Origin: a virus
Lineage: Duplodnaviria; Caudoviricetes
Virus record (IMG/VR): IMGVR_UViG_3300000478_000013
Span: 29,514-93,513 of that record
Strand: one strand, 5' to 3'
DNA: 64,000 nucleotides
Position numbers and translations under genes: made by a program. Each line of letters starts with the position of its first letter. Positions within the stretch are counted from its first letter, which is position 1. Shown piece after piece: positions 9,283 to 18,262 of this stretch. The notes under the pieces were generated by a model, which worked only from the letters and a program-made list of their open reading frames with translations, was not told the origin of the DNA and did no database searches.

Positions 9283-9842
9283 TTCTCCGAGTCGTCTTTT
9301 CCGAAAATTACGTATAACTTACGGTCAGCCAGAGACATGAGAGAGTCAGCGGAGCCTTCTTCTTCCCACTTTAAAAGTAGGTCTTCTACGGAGAAACTTT
9401 TACCAAGGCTAGTCTGGTTTCTCGTGGTCTCTAGTAGAGAAGCAAACGCGTCGAAGTCTTTCGACATAATCAAGTAAACCTTCCTAAGCCCATCATTGGA
9501 CAAGGATCCCGCTACCTTATAGGCGTTGCTGCCCATTTGATTTACGTAACCTCTGGTTACTCCTCGTTTTTTCACAAACTCAGGAAACAAACCAGACTGA
9601 ATAAGAGCGGATTCACCCATAGACTTCCAAAGATTGAAGCGGCTCGGGGCCGGTGCCTCAGCCGCTTCAATCATTTGGTCGACAAGTGGGGCCAGACTTA
9701 CGTTGTTACTCACAACCTGCCTAGCCAACAAATCTACAATGTAAAACTCTATCCAAGCCTCTAGGTGTAGTTTGACCCTAGCAGAAGCCTTTTTGATAGC
9801 TTCGTAGAAGAACAACTTAATGTCTGCTGCGTTAGAGTCCAC
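9279..9842 (-). CDS. Conserved bacterial-type hypothetical protein
   Basis: FYIVDLLAR...MGESALIQSGLFPE...RGVTRGYVNQMGSNAY resembles an uncharacterised proteobacterial/myxobacterial family (from memory). Confidence 0.55.
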   Translation of the reverse strand: MDSNAADIKLFFYEAIKKASARVKLHLEAWIEFYIVDLLARQVVSNNVSLAPLVDQMIEAAEAPAPSRFNLWKSMGESALIQSGLFPEFVKKRGVTRGYVNQMGSNAYKVAGSLSNDGLRKVYLIMSKDFDAFASLLETTRNQTSLGKSFSVEDLLLKWEEEGSADSLMSLADRKLYVIFGKDDSEN

Positions 9843-12800
9843 TGAGGTCGATGTCTAGGTTGTCTGCGTTGAGGGCGTCTAGGGCTTTCTGTATCTTTGG
9901 AACCAAGGCAGTGTAGGCGCTGACCAGATCAGGTCTACCCTTTCTCTCCAGAACCTGGGTGAAAGCGTTGGCATTTGGTACCTCGTTGGCAGTAAGCCAC
10001 TTAAGCGCCAGGTCATAGAGCTGCTTGCGCTTCTCCAGCGTGAGGGAGGCGGGACCTGTAGGGGCAGGTGCTTGTGGGGCAACAGGGGCAGGTTTCTCTT
10101 GAATCTGCTGAAGTTGTGCCTTCAGTGCGTTTATGGCGTCTGACGCTTCTCCCTTTGTTGGAGAGTCTCCAACACTCACTAGAGGAGTTTCTCCTGACGA
10201 AGAAATTTCCTCTGAGAGAGTCTTTATCTTCTCCACCTGCTTTGGAGTCGCCTCGTCATTTCTCCAGTCACCAGCAGGCCTCTTCTCTGTACTCTTGGGT
10301 GCAGGCTGGGACGTCAGAGGGTCCCTACCCTCTTGTACTAGACGAAGATAGGTTGTAAGACCTTGGACATACTTCTGGAAAACGTTCTTCGTGTCTTCAT
10401 CCAGGGAGTCCCTGTTGCTCTTCCAAAAAGAAGACAAATCTTCGTACGTCTTGCTTTGTATTTGTCCTACAGCCTGATCTAGCTGCTTAGACTCACTGGG
10501 AGACAGCCCCACCGCCCTCGATATAAAGGAATATCTCTCTACCCCAACAGGAAGGGTAGCTAGTGGTTTGGGCATCCTGCCTCTTGGGCGAGACTCTGGT
10601 TCAGGCATGACTGGAGTCTGTGGTGTAGCAGCCTCCCCGGCAGGTGCGGGTGCGGGAGCCGCAGCCTGTGGAAGCTGCAGTACTCTGACAGAAACCACGG
10701 GGGTTCCGTCTTCCGTCACAGGAAGGAACGTAGCGTCTTCCTCTGTGCCCGAGAATTCTGTTCCTTGTACAGCGACAAGTCCCTCCTCGATGCCTTGAAG
10801 TATGGCGTTCTTGGCCACGTCACGGTCGACGATCCCCTCAAGTCTTCTGATAAACTCTACTATTCCAAGATCTGCTCCCTTTTGCGCTCGCATGCCTGCA
10901 CGGAGCACGCTGTGAAGCATGTCGTCAGGGACCTCCGAACGGAAAGTGGGAGAGAAGGACATCTTCTCTGGTTCTGGCACTTCGACTTCCGCTTCATCTG
11001 ACTCAGAAGGAAGCACAACGTTATTAATTTCGGACGAAGGGATTCCATTTTCATTCAGGTAATCAACTATGTCCTGAGCAATGATTTCAAGCTGAGGGTT
11101 CTTTGCCTTACGCAACTTGGATAGAACTTGGTCCACGCCAAGTTCCTGCATCTTCTCCAAGATGAATACTGCGTTAGCCCTTTCCTGATCGTCAAAATCA
11201 AACTCGTTGGCCATCTGCTCAAAGATGACCTTGTACAGGTGGGTCCTGTCTGCTGATTCTGGCTCGTCTTGCTCTTCATCTTCCCCTGAAAGGAACTCTA
11301 CTGCGTCTGACGCCTCCTCTGGAAGGTCTATGCCAGTTTCCTTGATGTCTTCTATGAACTCGTCAACGTCCACGAAAGACGGACCAGGCTCCGGCATGGA
11401 ATCATCCATGTCATCAAACTCTTCCTGAAGATCCTCCTCAGAAATGCCTAGGTCCTTGGCCATGGCAGCGTCGTTGGGCACGCCATCCTTGCTTACGTAA
11501 GACTCTCTTCCCTTTAGAGGAGGTAGAGTTATACCCTTAGCGTCAGGGGAACCATCCTCAGACACGAGACCCTTACTGACCAAGAACTTGGCGACAGCAG
11601 AAGGTATGCCTTCTATATCTGTACCTTCGGAGCTGTTTACTACCTTCTCAAGTCCTTCCTTGCCTGGATTCTCCTTGATGGCCCTTATGATGTCGGCAAA
11701 TAGGTTCGAGTGGAATTCGTCAAGCTCCTTCTCTTCCACCATGTCCTGGAACACTGTCTTCTTGGCCTTATCCTTTTCTGCCTTAGAAAGGTCTTCTTCC
11801 GCAGAAGCGTACGGATTCTTGAAAGCCACCCCCGTAAGAGAACTAAGATCTGGTATTCCTGGAACCCCAGACTCATACTTACTCTTGTTCTTGCCAATGT
11901 GACGAAGTATCTTGACCACAATTTCATTGAGGTCAGGACGAGACTTGAGAAGCGCACCTATCAACTCTGCGGCGGTCTTTCCGCTTTCGGTCATCCGCAG
12001 CTGAACAGAACTCAGTATGTTGTTGGCCGTCTCTGCCTCGGCCTCTGACAGCCCCTGTTCCTCTATGAAGTACTCGAATCCCTTGCTCCATCTGGATATA
12101 GGGGTGCGTTCCACATTTACGCTGTCTACTTCGTCCTGTTCTGAAGGAGAACCTGCGTCTGGAGCGCCGGGACCAAACACGGACGACAGTCCGTAGTCGT
12201 TCCTCATCTTTGAAAGAGGCCGGGTCTTGTTTAGACGAGTAATGAAGTTCCTCATCTTCTGGAAGAGGTATAGGTAGCTGTACGGAGCAGATTTGCTCAT
12301 ATCCATAGACTCGAATTCAGACTCCATGTCGTCCAAACTCATGTCGTACATGGCAAATTCGCTCATCCTATGAAGCATGTCCAGTACACGCTCTCGCGTA
12401 TCCTTGGCAGATTCTACAGCTTCGTCGGGGCCCGCTTCATCCTTTAGTTCCTTTTGTATGGAATCGATAAGAGGATTCAGCTGAGCATCTAGAGGGAAGT
12501 GTCCCTTTACGTCCTCATAGGAAGGAAGCTTGTGTTCCCCAGTGTACAACGATTGGAAGTTCCACCCTTCATCACTCTTGATCTCGCTGTGCTGGTTGAT
12601 AAACAGACCCAGTCGTGTGGCAAGGGCCAGAACTCCCTTTCCTTCGATAGACTTGGACCGTCCTAGGCCTTTAACTATCTCCGAAAGTGGCTTGCCGTTG
12701 GATACCATTCTTATGATATCGTTAAGCTTTTCCGCCTCGTCCTTTGACAAACCTGGCTGTGCGTTGTGAAGCGCCTCTGCTGACTTAGCCCTGTCAGACA

Positions 12801-15800
12801 AGTCCACAGGGGCAAACCCACTACCTCCAGGAAGAGATTCCAACGGAACAACACGCAATGGTTTCTGAAGGTCGGACAGATCCCAGTTGCCCTTGTCCTT
12901 TCTAAGGTCCTCCGCGTTCTCCAGCAGGAACTTAACGACCGACTTTATGACGGCAGACTGATTGGATAGTGTGTTGGAGGCAGGTAAGCTAGGAGAGAAC
13001 TTCCTTACGTCTCCACCGTTCTTAAAGTGGTTACGAAGGGCCAACATCAGTATCTTAAAGTTTCGTATCCTAGCATCGTACGAAGCTTTACTCTCGTCAG
13101 GGTCGGGGGGCAGAGCTACAGCCTGTAGTTCTTCCAATAGGGACCTTCTGACCTCTGGTGCGGTCTTGCTGAGAGGAGCAAAGGTGGCTCCGTCTGTCTC
13201 CGCCTTCTCTTTGGCATATTGCTTTATGGCGTCCACTACAGCAGCAGCTGCACTATCGGACTCCATCATGTCCTTATAGTACCTATCTAGCGCAGCAACA
13301 GCTGCGTCAGGGAGATTTTTCTTGTGTGGAGCTATAGACCTTAAGAAGTCTTCGGGAGTAATAGTACCGTCAGTAAACTGGACTACTAGCCTCTCCGGAC
13401 TAACAGAGGTCTCCTTCTTAGGTCTCGCCTTAGGTGCTTCCTTCTTACCTTCTTGCTCCCTCGACGGATTTTTGATGCTCTTTACTGGCTTTATCTCTTC
13501 TTGGAGAGGACGATAGGTGTCCTCTTCTCCTTCTGGGAGCACGGGAGGAGCATACCCAGGAGTCTTGGACGGCTTGCTAATCTCGAACATGTTGTCCAGA
13601 TTGTAGGTTCCATCTCCTCTCTGGAATTCGTCACGGTCCGATAGGAAATCATTAACCTTGGTAAGGGTTTCTAACTCCTTCGAAACAGGGTGTTCTGATA
13701 TTTTGCTCTTTACCTTTTCCTGTATGTGCTCTATCAGGTTTTTAAGGTATTCCTTCTTTTCCTCTGCTTCAGCTTCCTGCGTCGCTAGGGTGTCCTTCAC
13801 CTTTGTGAAGTTTGACTCTAGCTCCTTTATCTTTTGGTTTACCTGACGAAGCTCTGTTCTAGTTTTCTTTCCGGAAAATGATACGGCTTCTCGTCTTAGC
13901 TCCTTCAGCGTTTCCTTTACTTCTTCGATGTCCTCTCGGATAAGTTCACGCGCTTGGATCATATCCTCCTGGTCTGCATCCGCCAGGTAGGCGTACTCCT
14001 TGTACACGGATAGAACAAAAGGGTCAAGCGGTGCTCTCGTGGCACCAGACTCGTCTGTCTCTCCCTTCTCCAAGGAAGAGATACCAGAGGGACCAAGCAG
14101 AGCGGATAGAGATTCTCCCCCTCCCTTGGTAGCAGCAAGTATTTCTGTGAGTGCCTTTAGTTTCTCCTTGGAAAGGGTGATCCTACTCTGGTACTCCTTT
14201 CCTGCCTCTTCCACGGCCCTTTCTCTTATTTTGTCCCGCTCCTTCTTAGCAGACACTATGTCTGCATCTATACCAGTTAGGGCAGATCTTGTTTTCTCTA
14301 CCGCGTCTTGTACTGATAGAAGATCTTCTCTTCTTTTCCTGGTCTTCTCCTCCATGAGAGAGGACCCCTTCTCTATAAGAGCGGATATCGCACGTTCCCT
14401 CTTATCCAAGAGAGCACTGAAGTCCTTTCCACTCACGTGGTTGTCTAGAGCTTCTTGCATAAGACTCTTGAGCAGGTCCTTGTCCACGCCGGGTATAGAA
14501 GTGGACATCTGGTCGAAGAGGGGCTTTTTGTTGAGAAGCTCTTGTTCTTCCTTCTTTTTATCCAGCTCCTTCTTTTTCTCCTCTACCTTAGTCTCATCTA
14601 CCTTGTACTCATCCCTTTCTATCTGAAGCATTTCATCAGCTAGTGTTTGAGACTCCTGCTTTTGAAGGAAGAACTGGGTAAAGCTGGGGTACTTGCTCTT
14701 GAAAAGAGCATCGTTCTTCTCCATGAGAGAGAAAAGTGCGTTGGAAAACTTGGATACGGCACGGTTGTAAGTCTTAGACACCAGGTCTATGATCTTCTCG
14801 TCGACCTCGTCATCACCTACGTCTGCACCAAATTCCTCTACAGCTATCTCCTGTAACCTCTCTCCAACACTATACGCTGGCTTTGTGCCCGCAGGGATGG
14901 AGTCCTTTAAGTTATCTACCTCGTCATCGTCTAGATGGTCTCTCCTAAGAAGACCTGGGACTCCCCATACCCAACGAAGAATGTTTTCCTCGTCAGGTTT
15001 CATAGATATCCGCATGAGAATAGAGTTTAGGAGGTTTTGTACCTTGTCAGTCTCTGGGTCCTCGGACCTAAGGAAAAGTAGGACCTTGTCCCTCTCGGTG
15101 TCTCCCTTGCTTACAAGCACCTTCTTCAGCGGAAGAAGAGAACGCTTCAGAGCGACGTCATCCTTTGCCTTCTCCCTAAGGATAGACATCAGGGACTCTA
15201 CTGCCCCTTTCTTCCTTCTCTTCATGTCACTTAGTGACTCTGATCCTGAGAAGGGCTCCATGGAGCCTATCTCCTGTAATGAAAGGACTGCGTTGTTAGC
15301 TTGCCCTATGCCAAGAATTCCTGATAAAAGTGCCCTGTCTTTCTCGTCCAGCCTAGGGTCATCCTGAGTCAGGAGTATGTCTGCAATGACCTCCAGTGTG
15401 TGAGATACATTCTCTTCTGACAAGGCAGCCATCTCTTGAGAAAGGGGGTCTGCGTCCTGGTCGGCTACCATGTCTACCACCGATACGTCTTCTTCGTCGT
15501 CTCCTGTGGTTATGGTAGGTGTAACAAATCTCTTGGCCTTTATTTTCTGAGTGTAAGATATTACTACCTTATCTCCGCCATTTTTAGGAGAAAATTCCAA
15601 AACACCAGACTCAGGGAAAGCAAGATATTCGTCTTTTCCTATCGAAACTCCCTGTGTGTCTGAGTTTCTGGTAAGAACCCTTAGCTTCTTGCCACGGTAG
15701 TATTCATCAAGCCAAATGATGCCTGAAGAAGGAGCAAAGAAGAATATGTCCTTGTTTCCCTTCAGCTTGTTTTTGCTCTCTGTTGTGTGTGACTGTCCCT

Positions 15801-17613
15801 CAGCCATTTCCAGCCTGACGTCACGCTCCGGGTCGATAACAGATATTTCACTAGTTCTTCCTGGTTGTGGCCCTACCACTATTTTTACGCGAGAAGACTT
15901 CTTTCTTCCTTCTTCCTCGGTTGGAAGAAGGTTTGCATTGGCTGGGGTAAATTCCTTGTTGTCAGGACCTACTACCTTTAGGTTATCTGTCCTAAATCCA
16001 GTTACTCCTATCTCCACTCTTCCACCGTTCTCTGGAATAGTGAGAGTCTTGGTCCCTGCACGTGATACGGTGTCCTTTACCTCGCTCACCGCTTGATTGT
16101 ACACCTGACGAAGAGCGGACCTTACGTTAGCAAGAAGGGGAGATCCGTGAAGACGGAAATCCACAGGATTGGGTATCTTTTCCTTGTTCCTCTTCTCTCT
16201 ATCAAAGTTGAGTACCGCTTTTCTGAACTCGTTGAGTGCAACAGAATGCAGCTCTGCCATACCTATGCTGGCTTTGTCGAAGACCTCTGCTATGGGGCGG
16301 AAAGACTTGAGTGACGTACCAGGAAAATAGGTCTGTGGGTCAAGTATCGCACCTATGAGCATGGCGGTGTAGTACTTGGAAAAGTCTACCATGTCCTCTT
16401 CCAGCGAGGATGCCTCCTGCCGTACGGACTTCATGTATTTGAGTGTGTCCAGGTCAAGAACTCTAGACCCTGACTCACCGAACTCAGGAAAGTCTTCATC
16501 ACCCTCCTGCGTCTGTAGGTCGTAAATTCTCTCAGAAATGAGAGAAGCCAGTGAATACATTCCAGATAGCTTTGGAGAAATTTCCGAGCTTACGAAATCG
16601 CGCAGAGTATCCCTGTTGTCCTGAGACGGGTTACTCTCCACCTTGTGCAGTAGATGCTCAAAGTCAATTAACTCTCCAGTTATGTCCGGAATTGAGGCTA
16701 ACGCTTCTTTCCTCTTTTCATCTGAGCTAATGCCGGAGGCCTTCTCGTGCATAGAGTCTATCTCAGACTCTATCAAAGGAATGAGTGTGTCTATGACAAA
16801 TTCTGGGTTGGGGTGAGACAGTATTTGTGTCCAAAGGTCTGATGCCTTGTCCTTGAACGATTCTATCCTGTCGAACTCCTCCTGGCTGTCCAGCTGGACT
16901 CTCTTCTTGTTCTCCTTGCCCGTAAGGAAGAATTCTATGCGAAACTTCTTTCCTTTTGCGCCTTCTGGCCAGTGGAGCATGCCCGTCTGGTAGTTGTACA
17001 CTACCTCCCCAGAAGAAGGGGTCTTGCTGGTCCCTGGCCGTACCTTGTACTCAGGGCCGCTATCATCGTCACCACCTACTTCAATAACACGAATTCCCTT
17101 CCGTAGGTCCACTCCCTTTTCGAGCTTGGTCTTCAGGCTGTTGTTGACTGTGGTCGTCTCGGCAAGAGGCTCAAAGTGGAACCAGTCAGACTCCAGGGAC
17201 CATTGACCCTCGTTCTTCTTCGTTTGTGATTTAGTGGAGGTCTCCTCTTCCTCTTCGTCGTCATCATCAAGAAGGTCGTCGTCTGACTCTTCCTCCGTTT
17301 CCTCCTCGGCATCCTCTGCCACCTCTCGCCAGTCGTAAGACACAACAACCTTGCGTCCAGAGTCCTTATCGGAGAAAAACAGAACCCCGTCCTCTGGAAG
17401 AAGGAAGAACGTTTCCTTTTTTAAGGAAGATGAATCTGTAGGAGTGAACTCTTTGTTCGTCTTGAGTTCCACAACAGAAACAGAAGAAGGGTTTATGTTT
17501 CCATTCTTCAGCTGCACTTCTCCATCGTCAGGGATAGTGAGTGTTTCTTTTTCGGCTTGTGGTTTAGACGGATCAGCGAGAACAAGTCTTGGAAACGTAA
17601 TAATTTGGGCCAT
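9832..17613 (-). CDS. Giant 2593-aa multidomain protein with sigma70-like regions, decoration-like beta domains, coiled coil and helical repeats; probably virion-associated
   Basis: Single uninterrupted ORF at the distal end of the head block; see findings. Confidence 0.8.
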   Translation of the reverse strand: MAQIITFPRLVLADPSKPQAEKETLTIPDDGEVQLKNGNINPSSVSVVELKTNKEFTPTDSSSLKKETFFLLPEDGVLFFSDKDSGRKVVVSYDWREVAEDAEEETEEESDDDLLDDDDEEEEETSTKSQTKKNEGQWSLESDWFHFEPLAETTTVNNSLKTKLEKGVDLRKGIRVIEVGGDDDSGPEYKVRPGTSKTPSSGEVVYNYQTGMLHWPEGAKGKKFRIEFFLTGKENKKRVQLDSQEEFDRIESFKDKASDLWTQILSHPNPEFVIDTLIPLIESEIDSMHEKASGISSDEKRKEALASIPDITGELIDFEHLLHKVESNPSQDNRDTLRDFVSSEISPKLSGMYSLASLISERIYDLQTQEGDEDFPEFGESGSRVLDLDTLKYMKSVRQEASSLEEDMVDFSKYYTAMLIGAILDPQTYFPGTSLKSFRPIAEVFDKASIGMAELHSVALNEFRKAVLNFDREKRNKEKIPNPVDFRLHGSPLLANVRSALRQVYNQAVSEVKDTVSRAGTKTLTIPENGGRVEIGVTGFRTDNLKVVGPDNKEFTPANANLLPTEEEGRKKSSRVKIVVGPQPGRTSEISVIDPERDVRLEMAEGQSHTTESKNKLKGNKDIFFFAPSSGIIWLDEYYRGKKLRVLTRNSDTQGVSIGKDEYLAFPESGVLEFSPKNGGDKVVISYTQKIKAKRFVTPTITTGDDEEDVSVVDMVADQDADPLSQEMAALSEENVSHTLEVIADILLTQDDPRLDEKDRALLSGILGIGQANNAVLSLQEIGSMEPFSGSESLSDMKRRKKGAVESLMSILREKAKDDVALKRSLLPLKKVLVSKGDTERDKVLLFLRSEDPETDKVQNLLNSILMRISMKPDEENILRWVWGVPGLLRRDHLDDDEVDNLKDSIPAGTKPAYSVGERLQEIAVEEFGADVGDDEVDEKIIDLVSKTYNRAVSKFSNALFSLMEKNDALFKSKYPSFTQFFLQKQESQTLADEMLQIERDEYKVDETKVEEKKKELDKKKEEQELLNKKPLFDQMSTSIPGVDKDLLKSLMQEALDNHVSGKDFSALLDKRERAISALIEKGSSLMEEKTRKRREDLLSVQDAVEKTRSALTGIDADIVSAKKERDKIRERAVEEAGKEYQSRITLSKEKLKALTEILAATKGGGESLSALLGPSGISSLEKGETDESGATRAPLDPFVLSVYKEYAYLADADQEDMIQARELIREDIEEVKETLKELRREAVSFSGKKTRTELRQVNQKIKELESNFTKVKDTLATQEAEAEEKKEYLKNLIEHIQEKVKSKISEHPVSKELETLTKVNDFLSDRDEFQRGDGTYNLDNMFEISKPSKTPGYAPPVLPEGEEDTYRPLQEEIKPVKSIKNPSREQEGKKEAPKARPKKETSVSPERLVVQFTDGTITPEDFLRSIAPHKKNLPDAAVAALDRYYKDMMESDSAAAAVVDAIKQYAKEKAETDGATFAPLSKTAPEVRRSLLEELQAVALPPDPDESKASYDARIRNFKILMLALRNHFKNGGDVRKFSPSLPASNTLSNQSAVIKSVVKFLLENAEDLRKDKGNWDLSDLQKPLRVVPLESLPGGSGFAPVDLSDRAKSAEALHNAQPGLSKDEAEKLNDIIRMVSNGKPLSEIVKGLGRSKSIEGKGVLALATRLGLFINQHSEIKSDEGWNFQSLYTGEHKLPSYEDVKGHFPLDAQLNPLIDSIQKELKDEAGPDEAVESAKDTRERVLDMLHRMSEFAMYDMSLDDMESEFESMDMSKSAPYSYLYLFQKMRNFITRLNKTRPLSKMRNDYGLSSVFGPGAPDAGSPSEQDEVDSVNVERTPISRWSKGFEYFIEEQGLSEAEAETANNILSSVQLRMTESGKTAAELIGALLKSRPDLNEIVVKILRHIGKNKSKYESGVPGIPDLSSLTGVAFKNPYASAEEDLSKAEKDKAKKTVFQDMVEEKELDEFHSNLFADIIRAIKENPGKEGLEKVVNSSEGTDIEGIPSAVAKFLVSKGLVSEDGSPDAKGITLPPLKGRESYVSKDGVPNDAAMAKDLGISEEDLQEEFDDMDDSMPEPGPSFVDVDEFIEDIKETGIDLPEEASDAVEFLSGEDEEQDEPESADRTHLYKVIFEQMANEFDFDDQERANAVFILEKMQELGVDQVLSKLRKAKNPQLEIIAQDIVDYLNENGIPSSEINNVVLPSESDEAEVEVPEPEKMSFSPTFRSEVPDDMLHSVLRAGMRAQKGADLGIVEFIRRLEGIVDRDVAKNAILQGIEEGLVAVQGTEFSGTEEDATFLPVTEDGTPVVSVRVLQLPQAAAPAPAPAGEAATPQTPVMPEPESRPRGRMPKPLATLPVGVERYSFISRAVGLSPSESKQLDQAVGQIQSKTYEDLSSFWKSNRDSLDEDTKNVFQKYVQGLTTYLRLVQEGRDPLTSQPAPKSTEKRPAGDWRNDEATPKQVEKIKTLSEEISSSGETPLVSVGDSPTKGEASDAINALKAQLQQIQEKPAPVAPQAPAPTGPASLTLEKRKQLYDLALKWLTANEVPNANAFTQVLERKGRPDLVSAYTALVPKIQKALDALNADNLDIDLSGL

Positions 17614-17629
17614 TTGCTAAGCCTCGAAG

Positions 17630-18262
17630 TTAAAATCCAGGGATAGGGGTGCCTGTACCTGGGGCACCAGAAGCTCCTGCTCCCGGAATCTCTGGTACCT
17701 CTTCTGAAATACCCTCTTCTTCAGACTTCTTTTTCTTGTCTTTGCCCCCTACTTCCTTAGAAGGAAGCTCGTGTTCCACTGGCTTTGCCTTTTCTTCTTT
17801 GTGGACTTTTCCAGATAGTGTGCTTAGCGTTTTGGTCAACTGCTTCAGGTCTGCTATCTTGGTTGCTTCTGCTTTTATCAGGTCGGCAAGCTCGCCTAAC
17901 GCAGACGCCTTGATGCCGGGTAGATCGTCTTCATCTGTCTGAAGTATCTTCGACAACTCTTGACCGGACTCCTCAAGCTTGGCAGCCAGCTTGTCCGTCA
18001 GACTGGACATTTCCTCCACGGCTTCCTTGAAGGGATGCTTTTTTGGCAGTGTTCGCATAAGCGCCAAAAAGCTATCCGCATTCTCTTCCAGCATGGATAG
18101 AGATGTATCCTGTACCTTTATTTTCTTCAGTAGGGGTGAATCTATCCCGTGAGGCTTAGAATTTGATATGGCCTCTATCACCCTTGCAATTCTTTTTTGA
18201 ATGGCAGGAGGGGAGTTAACGTATACAAACCGAAGTTTAGCTTGTGCGTTCTTAGTCATCAT
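17630..18262 (-). CDS. Probable internal head protein
   Basis: Helical, charged; in head block. Confidence 0.55.
   Translation of the reverse strand: MMTKNAQAKLRFVYVNSPPAIQKRIARVIEAISNSKPHGIDSPLLKKIKVQDTSLSMLEENADSFLALMRTLPKKHPFKEAVEEMSSLTDKLAAKLEESGQELSKILQTDEDDLPGIKASALGELADLIKAEATKIADLKQLTKTLSTLSGKVHKEEKAKPVEHELPSKEVGGKDKKKKSEEEGISEEVPEIPGAGASGAPGTGTPIPGF

Noticed and set aside
9832-17613. Giant protein as tape measure or virion RNA polymerase
   Set aside because: Too acidic and proline-containing for a tape measure and not in a tail module; no DxDGD or other polymerase catalytic motif found
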